A stretch of 64,000 bases of DNA from NCBI GenBank assembly GCA_963575745.1, contig CAUYUJ010000070.1, positions 186,001-250,000 of the forward strand, read 5' to 3'. Shown here in pieces: positions 62,607-64,000 of the stretch. Made by a program: the position numbers and the translations under genes. The DNA is from Prorocentrum cordatum (lineage: Eukaryota). The notes under the pieces were generated by a model. The model did no database searches. It had not been told where the DNA came from and worked only from the letters and a program-made list of their open reading frames with translations. Every line of letters begins with the position of its first letter. Position 1 is the first letter of the stretch.

Positions 62607-64000
62607 TAGTCCCGAGCCTCGATCCTCTGGGCCGCCACGAGGCCCTCGCCAGCCGGCGCAGAAGCCCGCGGAGGCGGTCGTGAGCCTTGAGACGGGGGTC
62701 GATGCAAGCGGGGGTCAGCCAGGGCGCCCGACCTTGCAGGATCCTACGAAGGGGCCTGGACTGAACTGACCCAGGCCAGCGCGCAGGATCCTGCAGGATC
62801 TCCTGCGCGGCTCGACTGGCCCGGGCTTGCATCGACCCGGGCCAGCAGATCCCCGACATCGAGGCGCTTATTTGTCTTTTTTGAGTTCGGCCCTCGGGTG
62901 CACACTTCTGGGCCCTGGGACCATCAAGCACGGAGCCGGGACGCAAAGCTACTCTCCCGGGCGCAAGGATCCATACATCTTTTCCGGGGCGGCGGAGGAG
63001 GAGGAGGAGGAGGAGGAGGAGGAGGAGGAGGAGGAGGAGGAGGAGGTGTAGGAGGATGTCTGGGATCGATCCCGATCGCCCGTTCCTCGCCGGTCGGGGT
63101 CTGGCTGCCCCGTCCTGCCCAGGAGCGTGCGGTCGCGGTGTCGAAGGCCCGATTTCTACGGGGTCCGGGGAGGGCGGTGGGGAGGGAAGGGGAGGATCGG
63201 GGGCGGCAAAGAGGGGGGTGATGACTAGGGGGGGGCGGATATCATGGCGGGGGCCATTATATTTCCGCATATTTCATGGCGCCTCTTCTTATTTCATTAC
63301 GTCCCTGGCCCCGCCCCTGGGACACGCACATGCCGCCGGCCATGATTGGCGCCCCCCCCCATGTCTAGGTCCGGGCCCGATTTCTAGGGGTCCGGGCAGG
63401 GCGGTGGGGAGGGGAGGAGACGAGGGGGAGCGGTCGGTCGGAAGTGGCATCAGCATCAACATACTCGGGAGGTTGGAGGCGTGGAAGGTAAGCAGCGGCA
63501 GGGATGAGGAGGAGGGGCAGAGGAGGAGGAGGAGGAGGAGGAGGAGGAGGAGGAGGAGGACCAGTGTAAACCCAAGAGTCATCAACGATGTTGGAATTAA
63601 CCCTCCCTCGAAGCTCTCTCTTCATGGGCCCCATACAACGGTGCATCTCCATCGAGGGAACTGCCTCGTTGGAAGACAACCGTTTGAAGATCCTGAAGAA
63701 TGCCAAAGGATTGTTCTCGGGATTTCAACGCCACGGATCAACCTGACTGCTACGTCTTGACGATCTGGAAGCGACCAGAACGCCATTGTTGGGACTTCAA
63801 CACCGCGAATCAACAAAATTGTGGCACCCGCAGAATCCTAAATCATTCCAAAACACCATGTCTCATACGTGGATCACGGGAACCAGAAACAACTCTTCGT
63901 TACTTGTTTGAAAAACGCGCGCGGCGCTAAGGCGAGAGCCACGTTTTGAAAAGGAACCGCCCTCAATCCGCTAAGCCCTTGCAATTTTAAAGAACGAATT

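Noticed and set aside
1..64000. rRNA, tRNA, prokaryotic operons or a retrotransposon-borne DNA methyltransferase
   Set aside because: No recognisable motifs found by eye; tRNAscan-SE, Infernal and HMM searches would be needed to exclude them.

Overview
Eukaryotic, GC-rich, repeat-dominated DNA that most likely comes from a dinoflagellate. Evidence: dinoflagellate spliced-leader (DinoSL, DCCGTAGCCATTTTGGCTCAAG) relicts, tiny GC-rich exons with GT/GC/GA donors and AG|G acceptors, and dense (GAG)n/(GTC)n/(GAT)n microsatellites. Nearly all ORFs in the supplied track are low-complexity artefacts. Supported content: (1) five degraded non-LTR retrotransposon (LINE) copies at ~769-3250 (+), ~12160-19639 (-), ~25030-28436 (+), ~33937-40190 (+) and ~44935-45730 (+); four share an RNase H plus C-terminal Cys-motif end, and the two full-length ones have ORF1 and APE-RT-RNase H; (2) a decayed CACTA/CMC-like (Plavaka-type) transposase at ~28430-29545 (-); (3) plus-strand host exons that join in frame across kb-long repeat-filled introns (4582-11019 and 29942-53690), product unknown; (4) about ten families of short palindromic/TIR elements (MITE-like), some nested; (5) minisatellites and a 100-N gap. 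Most striking observation: all three LINEs that retain a 5' end begin with a DinoSL-like sequence, two with an apparent second tandem relict, and a fourth SL-like sequence heads a short element with a microsatellite tail. This suggests retroelements propagated from trans-spliced RNA. All alignments were made by eye, boundaries are approximate and no database was searched.
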